Below, in pieces: positions 50,590 to 62,429 of a DNA stretch of 64,000 bases. Within the stretch, counting starts at the first letter, position 1; each line of letters opens with the position of its first letter. Source of the DNA: Perna viridis. Its lineage: Eukaryota. The notes beneath the pieces were generated by a model. That model made no database searches, had not been told where the DNA came from, and was given only the letters and a program-made list of their open reading frames with translations. The stretch lies in the NCBI GenBank assembly GCA_037379345.1, contig CM074519.1, positions 41,584,851 through 41,648,850 of the forward strand. The letters run 5' to 3'. The translations under genes and the position numbers were made by a program.

Positions 50590-50675
50590 TTTTTACTGAT
50601 TGCCACATTGTTAATTTTTTCCTTACTGATTGCCACATTGTTATTTTTTTCCTTACTGATTGCCACATTGTTATT
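50590..50675. repeat. 30-bp tandem repeat x3 (TTACTGATTGCCACATTGTTAATTTTTTCC)
   Basis: Direct inspection. Confidence 0.85.
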
Positions 50676-50789
50676 TACTTGTTTAAATATGTTGCTCTTG
50701 TAGCACTTAATTATGGCCGAGTTCACAGAATATTTCCTCTTATCTTGTCTTGTCTTGTCTTGTCTTGGACACTTTCTTTATTTCATGAT

Positions 50790-52400
50790 GATTTTAAAGT
50801 CGATTACCGAATTGTTAAATGGTATGAAAAATTATGTTTAAGTTTGAAATCACCATCCTTTTTCTCTGCTAAAATATCGGCAAGATTCGCATAGTTTGTA
50901 GTGGGGGAGAGGTAAAAAGGTACGGCTATTCCACCTTAAAGTACTTCTTTGTTATTTTTTTCCCGTATTATTTGAGGATATCAAGAAACACTAGATGAGG
51001 TTTTTTTTTTATAATAAATCGGCAACCTAGTTCCTGCATATTACTGATTAAATCCGAATTCGAGACCAGAAATCAATGCTTTTGCAGTATTAGTTTTCGG
51101 GTAATGTTTTAATGATTCTACGACTTTGTCGACACGTATAGGTGAGGCTTCTTGCAAAAACAGAGATGAATTTTCGCCTGAAAAATTTTGCGGGGTGCTT
51201 ATTAAAGAATTCTGTGCATTTGTGTACATATTTGGATTGTCCTTGGGCCTTCCATTTTCACTCATTAAATCCCCAACAGGCACGAAAGAAATTTGTATAG
51301 ATCTCTGAAGAGGCCATCATGACCTTGTCTATTGTTATCTGGTACAATGTTGAAACTAAAAATTCTTTGAGAGGTAGCGACATATAGAACCCAGAGATCC
51401 ATTTCAATGACAGCCCATGATGACTAACTATTTTCCGTAAAATAAACTGTTCATCATAGGATACCCAACCTAGTTCTGAAACCCTTGTACGTATGCATAT
51501 GCTTAGGCATTTCCTGACCTCCATCTGGTCATTTTTCCAATACAAATTCACTAATGTAAACCATGATAGCAGATGGCCACGAATAAATATTGGATATTTC
51601 ATTTTGATTTGGTTGAATTATACACAGTTGGCCAGAATTCAATGATAGGATCCTGTCTGTTTGGGTATCAAGGGATATATCTATAGCCGACTTTAACAAA
51701 GTCGACAGCTCAATGTATTCCCAGGCCTATATTTTTTTTCTTTTAACTTAACGGATATGTGTGTATCTATGGGGTCAGACACAGTTGTTGTATAATTGGT
51801 CATCATGGAGTTCTTGTCAGCTCTTAAGACGGGAGATAAAGGTGTCTGGTCGCTGTCACTTAAATTGTAACCATACCCGTATGACTTGAATCTGTCTAGG
51901 GTGATGCGGAAGTGGGTTGGCTGAAACACGGGACTTGGATTCTGCCCGTATGCTGTGCTACCGGCTTGGTCATGGAGTGCGGACATGGCTTCGGTCGACG
52001 TGCTCGGTCGAATTGTTGGCTGAGAGGTTGACATGTCTATGTTGTTATCTGATTCGATATCAATATCTGTATCTGGTTGCTATGTAACTCCTAGTAGAAA
52101 CTCTGTTACCACTCATGTTTTCTCTTGGTTTCTGAGTTTGAGGTTTTGAAGCAGCACATTGTTACATGTATGTACTTGTTTATATATTGCTTTTATAGCA
52201 CTGAGTTACCAAATAAACTTGTCTTGTCTGGTCTTGGAGACTTTTTAATTCTTTATTTCATGATGATTTTTTTTTCGGTAAATGGTTTAAGAGTTCGTAT
52301 GATTTTAGAAATGTGTTTCCCAAAGATATGATAAATTCTGATGAAAATCTGTCTTTCTTCAGATTTTTGCATTACCTTTAGAAATAAAATGGTCTATTTT
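50790..52400 (-). mobile_element. Decayed tyrosine-recombinase retrotransposon remnant (Ngaro-like gag and start of RT)
   Basis: Frameshifted pieces IDTHISVKLKEK, LGWVSYDEQF and SPIRVDKVVESLKHYP..LISGLEFGF, followed by remnants of the IREKI.KEV..G.IA.PF..PP pre-RT motif. Confidence 0.65.
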
Positions 52401-52727
52401 TAACCACAAAAAGGTATCACTGGTTTGATTGTTTAACAAAATCGCACAATTGTTGAATGTTTTGAACTGTAGAAACTTTGAAACGTGCGAAAATTAGCTT
52501 CGTTGGATATCACACGAACTCTTTCTGACATACAAGTATAATATGGGAAATATATTTATATAGTCCCTATGGTGTGAACCGTTTTGTACTGGCCATCTTG
52601 AAGTTATCAGCAGTTAACCATTTTATCCGATTGTCACAGTGGCATCTGTTCTAAATGGTATCGTAAACAATTACTAATAATCGATTGTGACATGTAAAAC
52701 AGTTTCACTTTGCATTAATACTGTTTA

Positions 52728-52945
52728 AGAGTAATCAAGGGAACCGAGGTTATCAGTTAGCAGTAATCAAAAGAATGTACTCCAGGGACAAAGACCAGAC
52801 ATGGAAAACAGACATACACAACAAAGAACATAAAGTAACTAATATCATACATACAAAGTAACAAAAGCAAATGAGCAACTCGGACTCCGCTAAAAAAACT
52901 GGGAGCATGGACCACGTGCACCGGTAGGGTAAGCGTCCTCTTCTT
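52728..52945 (-). mobile_element. Penelope-like family A extreme 3' fragment
   Basis: AGAGTAATCAAGGGAACC … ATGAGCAACTCGGACTCC … CACCGGTAGGGTAAGCGTCCTC. Confidence 0.8.
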
Positions 52946-53286
52946 TAAAAAAAACTCAAAAGTATATCAAAGTTAAAAAACAATTGTATAAAATACCAGA
53001 AGGTAATAAAATATACAGATAATATATCAATGGTAAGAATAAACAAAACAAAAACAAAAACAAAAAAGAAAGAAAAAAACGAACACTCAAAGGGGAAAAA
53101 CGTCTATTTACTCAGAGAAGTTATGCAAAGTCTGTTGACATATATAGTAAATATTCAAAAATAAGATTAATGTTAAAATACCCATGTCATTGGCGAAAGT
53201 TTTTTCAAAGATGATGAAATCCTCTGTTATGATACTATACACAGTTGAGACTGTCGTTGTGCTAAAATTAAATGCATTTCATTTGT

Positions 53287-56200
53287 TTATGATATAAGGG
53301 TTAAATCAGCTGAAAAAACAACAATATGACCTTGGCGTTCGTTAAATCTTCAAATTCAGGCATTTTGGTTGGTAGGATTTCAATTTTAATTTCATTATGC
53401 AATTGGGCTGTTTTTAGAACGTCACAGTATTTTGTTCACACAAGATGCATACACGTTATCTAGCACATTTTGCTAATATTCAATAAATTTTAGATAAAAA
53501 CAAACCTGTGAGCATGTCTTTTATTTTTTCTAAATTTTCTTCATTTGTTCTTTTCATCTCTTCAATTACCCGCCGACTGTTGTCCATTTGACTGTTAAGG
53601 TATTTCTCCAGTCTCCTCAACTCATCTGAAAGCGCTTGTTTCTCTTGTCGCAGATTTGAAAGCTCTTTTTCCATTTTAGTGGCATATTCTTTCGTTTCTA
53701 AGAGCTCTTTTTCCAGTTGTGTTATAAGACCGCAAGTGTAATGTTTACTAATACCCTGTTGTTGAGCAATATTTATAGTAATTTTACAATCTTCAGTTGG
53801 TCTATTTTGCCTATGTGTTTTGTCTGGTTCACTATTCCATGGTTTGGTATTGGACATACTTTCTGCAATATCTATTGAGGGTGGAATGTTTGCCTTAGGA
53901 CTTCCTGGAGAGTGTGGAATGCTCACTTGCGGACTTCCAGGCGAGTATGGAATGATCACTTTTCGACTTTCTGGTGAGGGTAGATTGCTCATTTGGACCG
54001 ATTTATAACTGGATGCATCTATGTTGTAAGTGTCTGTGTTAGGGCTTGTAGCAATTTCTGTTGCTTTTCCATTTTGCCTTGCTTGCAATTGATTTGTTTT
54101 GTTATCTTCGTCGACGTCTGCTTTCTTTCCGTCGCCTGTATGTTTGCATTTACTGAAAGAATCTGCAACAAAGTCACTTGCAGAATTCATATCTATTTCC
54201 ATTTCATCTTTTCGTCGTAGTTCATCTTTCAAACATTGAATCTCCTCATTTTTTTTACTGATTTCTTTTTCTTTCTCTAATAATTGATTTTCTTTTTCTT
54301 TGATTTGATTGCCCTTTTCAGCAATTCTTTCCTTGTATTTTTCTTCTTCGAATAAAACTTGCAATAAACTTGCATTCTGTATGTCAAGTGGTGCTTTGTT
54401 CTAAAATTAAGGAAACTGAATACAGATTGTCATCAGTCAACTACGAGTTATATTAATTTTCTTTTGAAACCCATATAATCTACCGGGATCAATGAGAAAA
54501 AAAAGGCAAGTAAGACAAACTGTTAAAATAAAACAGAACAATCCAAGCATATAAAATGGTACCGATTATTTACCTGTACTGTGACTTTGCAGGATGTTTG
54601 AATATCTTCAACATTAGTGCGATATGTTCCTGTATCTGTAATTTGGACATTGGTAATTGTCAGTCTATAAATGTAAAAAGTTCCATCATCTGTTCTCTCT
54701 GTTCCCATAAGACCCTTGTATGGGTCTCCATCTTTTGTCCACTTTGGCTCCCGAAGTTTGTTGAGAACAAATTCGAGTTTCAGCTGACCACCTTCTTCTA
54801 CACTTACGTCAATTAATTCTTTGATGAGCTTAAGACCTGCAACACATTTAAGCCGTGTAACTCGATCCGACCAAATTATGCATTACTTGGTTCATTGGTC
54901 AAAGTACGTGTTATCAAAAGTCATACCTGAACTAATAGGGAAGAATAATAATATAATAATATTCATTAAAGATTTACTACTAATACTCCATACTAAAATA
55001 TCATCAACAACAATCAAAAGGTGGAAATAGTCCAAATGTCTGGACCCAGTTTACTTTCCTATACAAACATGATAATGTCTAAGATTTGCAGTGTTTTAAT
55101 TTCTCAAACATGAGCATATATATAACAATTTATTACAAGATCAAATATATATTACTATTTGCAGTGTTACGACCATCGAAATCCCTAAAACATTAAGGAT
55201 TCATGTCGTGTATTGCACATGGTAGAACATTTTGGTGATGATTAGGTTTTCAATTTTATATTTGTTTTAGTACTTCTTCTATACAATTAATTTTGGGATT
55301 TTGATCTTCCTAAGTATTTGAGTCTAATGCTATAATGAGAGGTTACTATTGAAACACGTGTACAGCGTATCGAAATTTGCAATATGTTTTTTTAGTTGGT
55401 ACTTTTGCTTTTATTAAACAGTTTGTGGCTACCAAAATTTACTTAGAAATTATTATTCAAATATTTTAAATGAAATGTAAATTAATGAATAACGAAAAAT
55501 TCATATATCAACCAAACATTCGTTTTTGTCAGAGAGTCTTGTCAATGCTGAAATAATATCAAAATAAGTTTCTCTATTGCCCGTTTGAAACGTGGACACC
55601 ATATCGTGCCTGGTACAACAATCATATCTTTATTGACGTTATCAATATACTATGATGTTTTTTTTAAGTTATAAGTTATTATTTTTGTTATTTGTTATTT
55701 GAAAGGACAATACACACGATGTCAAAATATTGCTTTTTAAACATGTAAATGTGCTCTTTTTTTGCATGGCTTGTTACTTAAGGTTCACATTCCGAAGTAG
55801 GGAAAAAAACTCTTTATACAGATTCGTGTACGTGAATCATTCTAAAACTATCCTTTATCTCAATCAAAAGTAATCTGAAAGACGTTGGTCCGGTAAGGAC
55901 AAAATTTGGCCTCAAAATCTACCTGAAGAAAATTGATTGATGTTTCTCCAACTCTTTATTGTGTTTAAGAGTGGATCCGATTGGTTTATGATAATAATTG
56001 TATCATATATGGTCATATATGCCCTAGAAACCTGACTGAAATTGGAAAAATATATTAAGAAGGCTGGAAATACATGGTTTTGTGCAGTTTCTCATTCTAT
56101 TTAACAATGGCAACATTCTTGTTCATTCTCATGCTTCATATATTTTGTGCATAATTGTTACAACTCATGTAAAAATATCTTGAGTGAAAAAATAAGTGGC

Positions 56201-58597
56201 CACTTCGTTCCACACAAAACCCATCTTAAATATTGCAGAAATGTTAAAAGTTTAAAGGTTATGTACAAGTTACATAAATACGTCATAAATCTCATCAAAA
56301 ACAGCTTGTATTCAGTGTTTGCGACCATTGTACTATATATCTCCTACCAAGAAATCAGTTTTAATCCAATTTTTAATAAATGCCCAAATTATGAGGCCAG
56401 AAGGGAACTTTACTGAACTTTCCTCTTTTGCACTGTAACAAGTACCTGTGCATGAAGGTGTTATGTATGAAAATCTTTTAGAAAAGTCACAAATGTTTTA
56501 GTGAGGGGATCTGTGTAATAAGTTTTAGAAATTTACCTTCAGATTTCAGATAACATTTTGTCGTTGCATATCCACATTCACAAACATATTCACCCTCATC
56601 TTCCTCCTCTGTCTTATAAATCAACAATTGTCGACCTAAATTATTACTCTGTATTTTGTATTTCTCATTATTTGATAATTCTGTTATCCCTTTTAACCAT
56701 TTTACTGGCAGATCATCACTTATTTCGCATCTTATTGTCGTATTTGAACCAATTTCAAACGTTTTCTGCTTCAAAATTGATCTTAGTCCTTGGGTAAAAG
56801 TGCATGTTGCAACTAAAAGATTAAAAACACAAGTTCTTGTTTCTTTGTATACATTACTCGAACATTTTAATATCATTATTATATCATTATTTGGTTCAAG
56901 ACTATTATCTGAATATAATAGCATTAAAACCTATGATTTTTCAATACTGTATACTTCTATTCCTTCTACTCAGTTAAAACCCCGACTTAAAACATTATAC
57001 ATCGTTGTTTTTCCAAAAAAATGGTACACCTAGATACAAATATATAGTTCTAGGTAGAGATTCCTCATACTTTGTAAGAAATAATTCCAACTCATCTTCC
57101 AAATATACAAAGGAAAATGTTTACAAAATGCGGGAATTTTTATATTTGTCCAGTGTAGTGGACGTGTTTTTCAACAAACAGTCGTCGGCATTCCAATGGG
57201 AACTAATTGTGCACCTTTACTTGCTGACCTATTCCTTCATTCTTATGAGGCTGTCTTTATAGCTGATTTGATCCAGAAGAAAGAATATCGTTTGGCTAGA
57301 TCCTTTAATCTCAGTTTCCGCTATATAGATTACGTATTATCTTTAAACAATCCTAATTTCGTGGATTTGATACATCGCATCTATCCCTAAGAACTTGAGA
57401 TAAAGGATACTACAAGCACTGTGAAGTCAGCCTCATCTTGACCTACACTTAGAAATCGATGGTAAAGGAAAACTATTGGCCAAACTTTACGACAAACGTG
57501 ATGATTCTTCATTCAGAATTGTCAACTTTCCTTTCATCTGTGGCAACATCCCTTCAGCACCTGCGTATGGGGTGTTCATATCACAACTCATACATTATGG
57601 CAGAGCTTGCCGAAACTACGCAGACTTTTTTCTGCTAGAACTCTAACAAATAGGCTTCTGGAACAGGGTTATGTTGCTACAAAATTGAAGTCTTCACTAC
57701 AAAAGTTTTATGGTCGTCATCATGAATTTGTGGATCGTTATGGTGTATCCATCTGCACCATGGAAACTGATTTATTCCACGAGTAATAGTTTTCCTTTCC
57801 TCGTTTGTCTACCCCGGACTTGACTTTTTGTGAGCACTAGGCGTTTGTTTCTAGAAAAGCAGAGGACACTTACCTTACCGGTGCACCTGGTGCATGCTCC
57901 CAGTTTTTAGTGGAGTCCGAGTTGCTCAATTGCTTTTGTTATTTTGTATTTATGATTTTAGTTACTTCATGTTCTTTGTTGTGTATGTCTGTTTTCCATG
58001 TCTGGCCTATGTCCCTGGATGACATTCTTTTGATTACCACTATAACCTTGGTTCCCTAATTACTCTATTATAAAGATCCGAGTATTAGTTAATAGGGCTT
58101 TTCCGTTCCGAAAACGCCAAATATCAATCTTCCCATAATGTTGTATTTGGATTTGCGCAATTCGGATTATTTTTTTCTGTTATATGCTAATGTATGCCTT
58201 ACTTGGATTATTGATGGTCTTTTATACTTGTTTGTAATGTAATGATAAGGAAATAACTTACATCTCAACAGGTTTGCTATTTTACGATTATCTGTCATGC
58301 TGAGTACATCAATAAATTCTTTCCCGTTTCTCCCACAGTCGACGTAGTAAAATAGAAGTCTTAAAGCTTCTGATGGCATTTTGGTAGAGAGATCCTTTAG
58401 CTGAGTTTCGCAGATCACATGTCTGTGTTGTAAAACTTGCAAAACGTCTTCAAAATTTGTCAACGCTGGTACAATGGAATCTTTGTGTTCTTTAAACATT
58501 CTGTAAATGTTTCGTTTCTCTTCCATTTCTCTAACAAGCGAAATATCTTTAAAAAGATATTGAACGTAGTGGTCGCTTCTATGTAGATTTGTTTTAC

Positions 58598-58641
<44 letters not shown>

Positions 58642-58935
58642 TATGTTAATTGCACAATTCTTGAATTTAACCTTTCCTTAACACCAGCAAGCATTTAGGT
58701 TGTCAAACTTGTTTATATCAGTTTGATCTATATTAGTATTTGTCATTGTGTAATTTGATTTGTTAATCGATAAAAACATATATGCAGACTACAAACAGTA
58801 TTCTCATTGGATTTATACCAACTTTATGATTGCTGTGTCACGAGTTTAACCAAGAGAAATGTACCAAAAGCAGAGATATATTTTAAAATGAAGGATATTT
58901 TCAAACTTACCGAAATAGTCAAACGGAAAGTCCAT
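53287..58935 (-). CDS. Cytoplasmic death-fold (CARD-like) + 2 I-set Ig + coiled-coil protein, ~588 aa, 6 exons
   Basis: Exons 58935-58911, 58546-58262, 56812-56537, 54836-54574, 54400-53506 and 53309-53287 (1767 nt, all GT-AG, phases consistent). Exon 2 is helical (FKEHKDSIVPAL..VLQVLQHRHVI..FIDVLSMTDNRKIANLL); exons 3 and 4 are Ig (IRCE..VKWLKG..EDEGEYVC; PKWTKDG..LTITNVQITDTGTY); exon 5 has two coiled coils around P.SPGSP repeats. Confidence 0.75.
57010..58065 (+). mobile_element. Longest Penelope-like family A copy: decayed RT core to C-terminus + 3' UTR (in intron 2 of the CARD-Ig gene)
   Basis: GIPMGTNCAPLLADLFL, FRYIDYV (decayed YIDD), KLYDKRDD, VNFPFICGNIPSAPAYGVFISQL, KFYGRHH. The ORF ends right after RT/thumb with no C-terminal GIY-YIG, as in the N-terminal-endonuclease (Naiad) PLE clade. 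Confidence 0.85.
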
Positions 58936-58960
58936 GCATGTATAACATATGACAAGATCG

Positions 58961-58971
58961 GGGGAAAACCC
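58961..58971. promoter_or_regulatory. NF-kappaB/Rel-like site just upstream of the CARD-Ig start codon
   Basis: GGGGAAAACCC resembles the kappaB consensus; related GGAAAGTCC at 58925-58933. Confidence 0.45.
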
Positions 58972-60029
58972 GGAAAGTTGTAAAATCATAAAAATCAGGT
59001 AGAAGGACAAGATCAAATTAACGGTGAAAGACACTTTATCACCATGACTACAATTCTATGTTGCCCACATTTTCCTTTGATTGTCAGTTATAGAACCACA
59101 TATAAAATGTATAAAAGGAAAATGTTTATTACGGCTCCACACTATTATCATACATGTTTATCTGAAATTACAATAATATATATTACTATAATATATATAT
59201 TCTAACTAGCCTAACATTAACATTATCATGTTATGCCCTTACACAAATTTAATTTTCGGAATGACACCATGATGGCCTATGAACTGTGATAAAAAGAACA
59301 TCGCTATTTTAACGTTGACCATATAATGCTCGTTCCCATTCTCGGAAGTGAAAATATATCATTCAAGCCGCCGCTACCTTATAACAATCAAATACAAAGG
59401 TTCATCCATTATAAACTCAAAGCTGCAAATGGTCGATAACACGGATGTTCGCTCGGCACTGCTGTTACTTGTACCGCTATAAATCTATGGCAATTTTACC
59501 TGGAAAAGTTCATGTTCCCTTGACCACTCGACTGAATAAAAAAATATGGCATTTCACACTTGGTTCCTTCTCTTACGTTTAATTTATGATGTAACTTTAT
59601 ACACAGTAAAGGGTAGCACACAATAGTTTATCTTGGTCGTGTTGCTATGTAAGATAGAGGATCAAAGTAACGATTACGGTCACATCAAATAAACAAAATA
59701 TGTCTCAGAATGTGATGGCTCTATTCGTTACACTGCTCCAGCGGGTCCTGCTTTCATGAAGCTTATTATTTCAGACCCTTTTATAAACTAGTCAATTAAG
59801 AAAAAAAACGAAACAAAGTTGAATTTGTCAATTTTTACTTTACACCTTCTTTAGAGTATAGTACTTTAAACGATAAAAAAGTATCTGATCCAATTTTTTT
59901 CAAAATTTGCAACATTATTCCGACTGAATTAAGATATAAATCCTGATTTGTACTTTTTCGTAAGGTCATCGAGTTTGTCTTGAGTTAATCAAGGATTTTA
60001 CCCTTTTTTAATGAGTGTGATCAGACAGA

Positions 60030-60448
60030 AAATCAACGAGAATGGTAATGTTGAATATGTCAAAGAGACAACTATCATCTCAAGGTCACTCATGGGTCTC
60101 CAATGACGAGGAAACCCACACACCACTGGGCAGGCTGTAGTTTGCCCCAACATTATACGCAGGTGCAGCGAAATAATTAATCTAATATACCTAAGCAACA
60201 TAAAACAAACTGAAACAGAAAGTGAAAACAAAACAATGCAAACAGACCAGGAATTCCTGACTTGGGTAAGGTGTGATCACAACCCTTCCTCTTTTAAATC
60301 TGGCTACTATGAAAAAAATATTAAACAATTTAACACACCTAAAAGTCAGTTCAAAGAGGTCCCTTGTTAAAACATAAATAAAAACATGATTAAACGTTAC
60401 ACAAATGAACAAACAAAGGACTACTAGCAGTTAACTGACATAGAAACT
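60030..60448. repeat. Interspersed repeat, probably the 3' end of a second Penelope-like family; related fragment at 48365-48485
   Basis: Shared GAATA(T/C)GTCAAAGAGACAAC … GGTCT(C/T)CAATGA … CACACCAC(T/A)GGGCA between the two loci; the family assignment is tentative. Confidence 0.45.
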
Positions 60449-60460
60449 TTTAACCTACAA

Positions 60461-60525
60461 CCTGTATTCGTCTGAATATGGCTGAAATATTGCTGCTCGG
60501 ACGTTAAACCCCAGCAAACAAGCAA
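60461..60525 (+). mobile_element. 65-bp 5'-truncated copy of the SINE/LINE tail seen at 22280-22338
   Basis: TCGTCTGAATATGGCTGAAATATTGCTGCTCGGACGTTAAACCCCAGCAAACAA, flanked by 12-bp TSD TTTAACCTACAA (60449-60460, 60526-60537). Confidence 0.85.
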
Positions 60526-61486
60526 TTTAACCTACAAAAAGTTATGTTATATTAATCCCAATTCATCCCATGCTGCGAGAGAAAGAATGGTTCGAAGTGG
60601 AGTAAAGCCAGGTAAAATTCCAGATAAGTATATTGGTCCGTCCATATTTAGTGCAGGAAATGTCTGAGACATTATTTTTTGCCACTGTGTCACCTGACGT
60701 GTTACCAAAATAAATGTTTGATCTTTTTGGCATTCATTTTACAAAACGATAAAATATTGTTATTTATTAAAGTGTCTGTGTTGGTGTATAAAGATTTTTA
60801 AATGCCCTTTTTGTAGATATTGATAAACCCAACATCGCTTCATTTCATCAAAAAAAAAAAAAAAACAATTTGAAGCATGGCATATCTGTATGTGTATTTT
60901 CCATTACATGTATAAAATCACCACTGTTAAAAACGACAAATTAGGCATGCTTTGGACAGAATCAAAACGATTGTATACGGTAAATTAGGTAATTTTTTTT
61001 CAATTTATTGATTTTTTATACTTAAGTAAATATCAGATAAGCAATTTTAAAGAGCGGTAAATATTATATAGTAAAATTATTAATTTGAAGGGAAATGAAT
61101 GATATCGTTTCATTAAAATTACGTAACGAGTATTATATGTATTTTTATTGAGACTGTTCATTATAACACAGCCCCACTTAACATACTGTGAATACAATAT
61201 GATAAAGCAGGTTCGAGTTTTCAATAAGTAAAAAATTGTTTTATTTACCTAGCCAAATGTGTTCGGTTACAAATCACTGTCGTTACATTGATAATAAAAA
61301 TAAATTGTACTAATGAATACAGTTTGGGTGTTTTTGCTGTTTACAAGAGTAACCAAGGGAACAAAAATCAGAACCAAAATTACAATATTATACAGACAAA
61401 AATATTTGGTAATGGGCCAAATACAACAAGAGTTTTGTGGGAAATATTTTCCACGCTGAAAGCTGTGAGATGGTCACATTTTGTTC

Positions 61487-62105
61487 AAGAGTATTCAAGG
61501 GAACCACGATTCTAGCGGAAATCAAAAGAATGTACCAGACATGGAAAACAAACACAAGAAGGAACATAAAGTAACTAAAATAATAAATACAAAGAAAAAA
61601 CAAAAGTAAATGAGCAACTCGGACTCTAAAAACTGGGAGCATGCACCAAGTGCACCGGTAGGGTAACCGTCCTCTGCTTTTATAGAATCACCTGCCGAGT
61701 TGCTAAAAAAGTCAAGTCCGGGGTAGACAAACGAGGAAAGGAAAACTATGACATACTGAACAAATCAGTTTTCATGGTGCAGATGTATACACCGTAACTA
61801 TCCACGAGTTCATGATGACGACCATAAAACTTCTGTAATGATGACTTCAATCTTGTAGCAACATAACCCTGTTCCGGAAGCCTAATTGTAGTTTGTCTAG
61901 CGCGATACAAAAAGTCTGCGTAGTTACGGCAAGTTCTGGCATAACGTATGAGTGATATGAACACTCCATACGCAAGAGCCGAAGGGATGTTGCCGCAGAT
62001 GAAAGGAAAGTTGACAATTCTGAATGAAAACTCTTCAAGTTTGTCGTAAAGTATGGTCAATAGTTTTCCTTTGCCATCGATCTCTATGTGAAGGCCAAGA
62101 TATGA
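61487..62105 (-). mobile_element. Penelope-like family A fragment (RT C-terminus + 3' UTR)
   Basis: ORF 61746-62060 LYDK..FRIVNFPFICGNIPSA.AYGVFIS..KFYGRHHELVD. Confidence 0.85.
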
Positions 62106-62429
62106 TAGGTTTCAGATATCGAGTTATATCTTTGAGGCCTCCATTGAAGCCGACGAAACTTTAATCGTGAACGTCATACTTTGATTACAGGAAACAAATT
62201 AAAGGTTTTGAGCAAATCATTTGCCATCATAAACTGAAACATGCTTAAGTTTATTATGCTGCCCAAAACGCGCGATAAAATTAATTCTTTCATGGAATGT
62301 TTCAGGTCAAATTAACAATATTTATACTACGTAGAATCACAGATAACTGCCTTAAATGAATTCGAAAGTATTCAGAAGATCCTTTGCTCACAATGTGTGT
62401 ACGTAATGAAGTAATGTATGTATATAAAG

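Noticed and set aside
55896-56412. Possible second Kolobok-like element (TGGCCTCAAAAT / ATTATGAGGCCA ends)
   Set aside because: TIRs are short and degenerate and the TTAA TSD is not intact.
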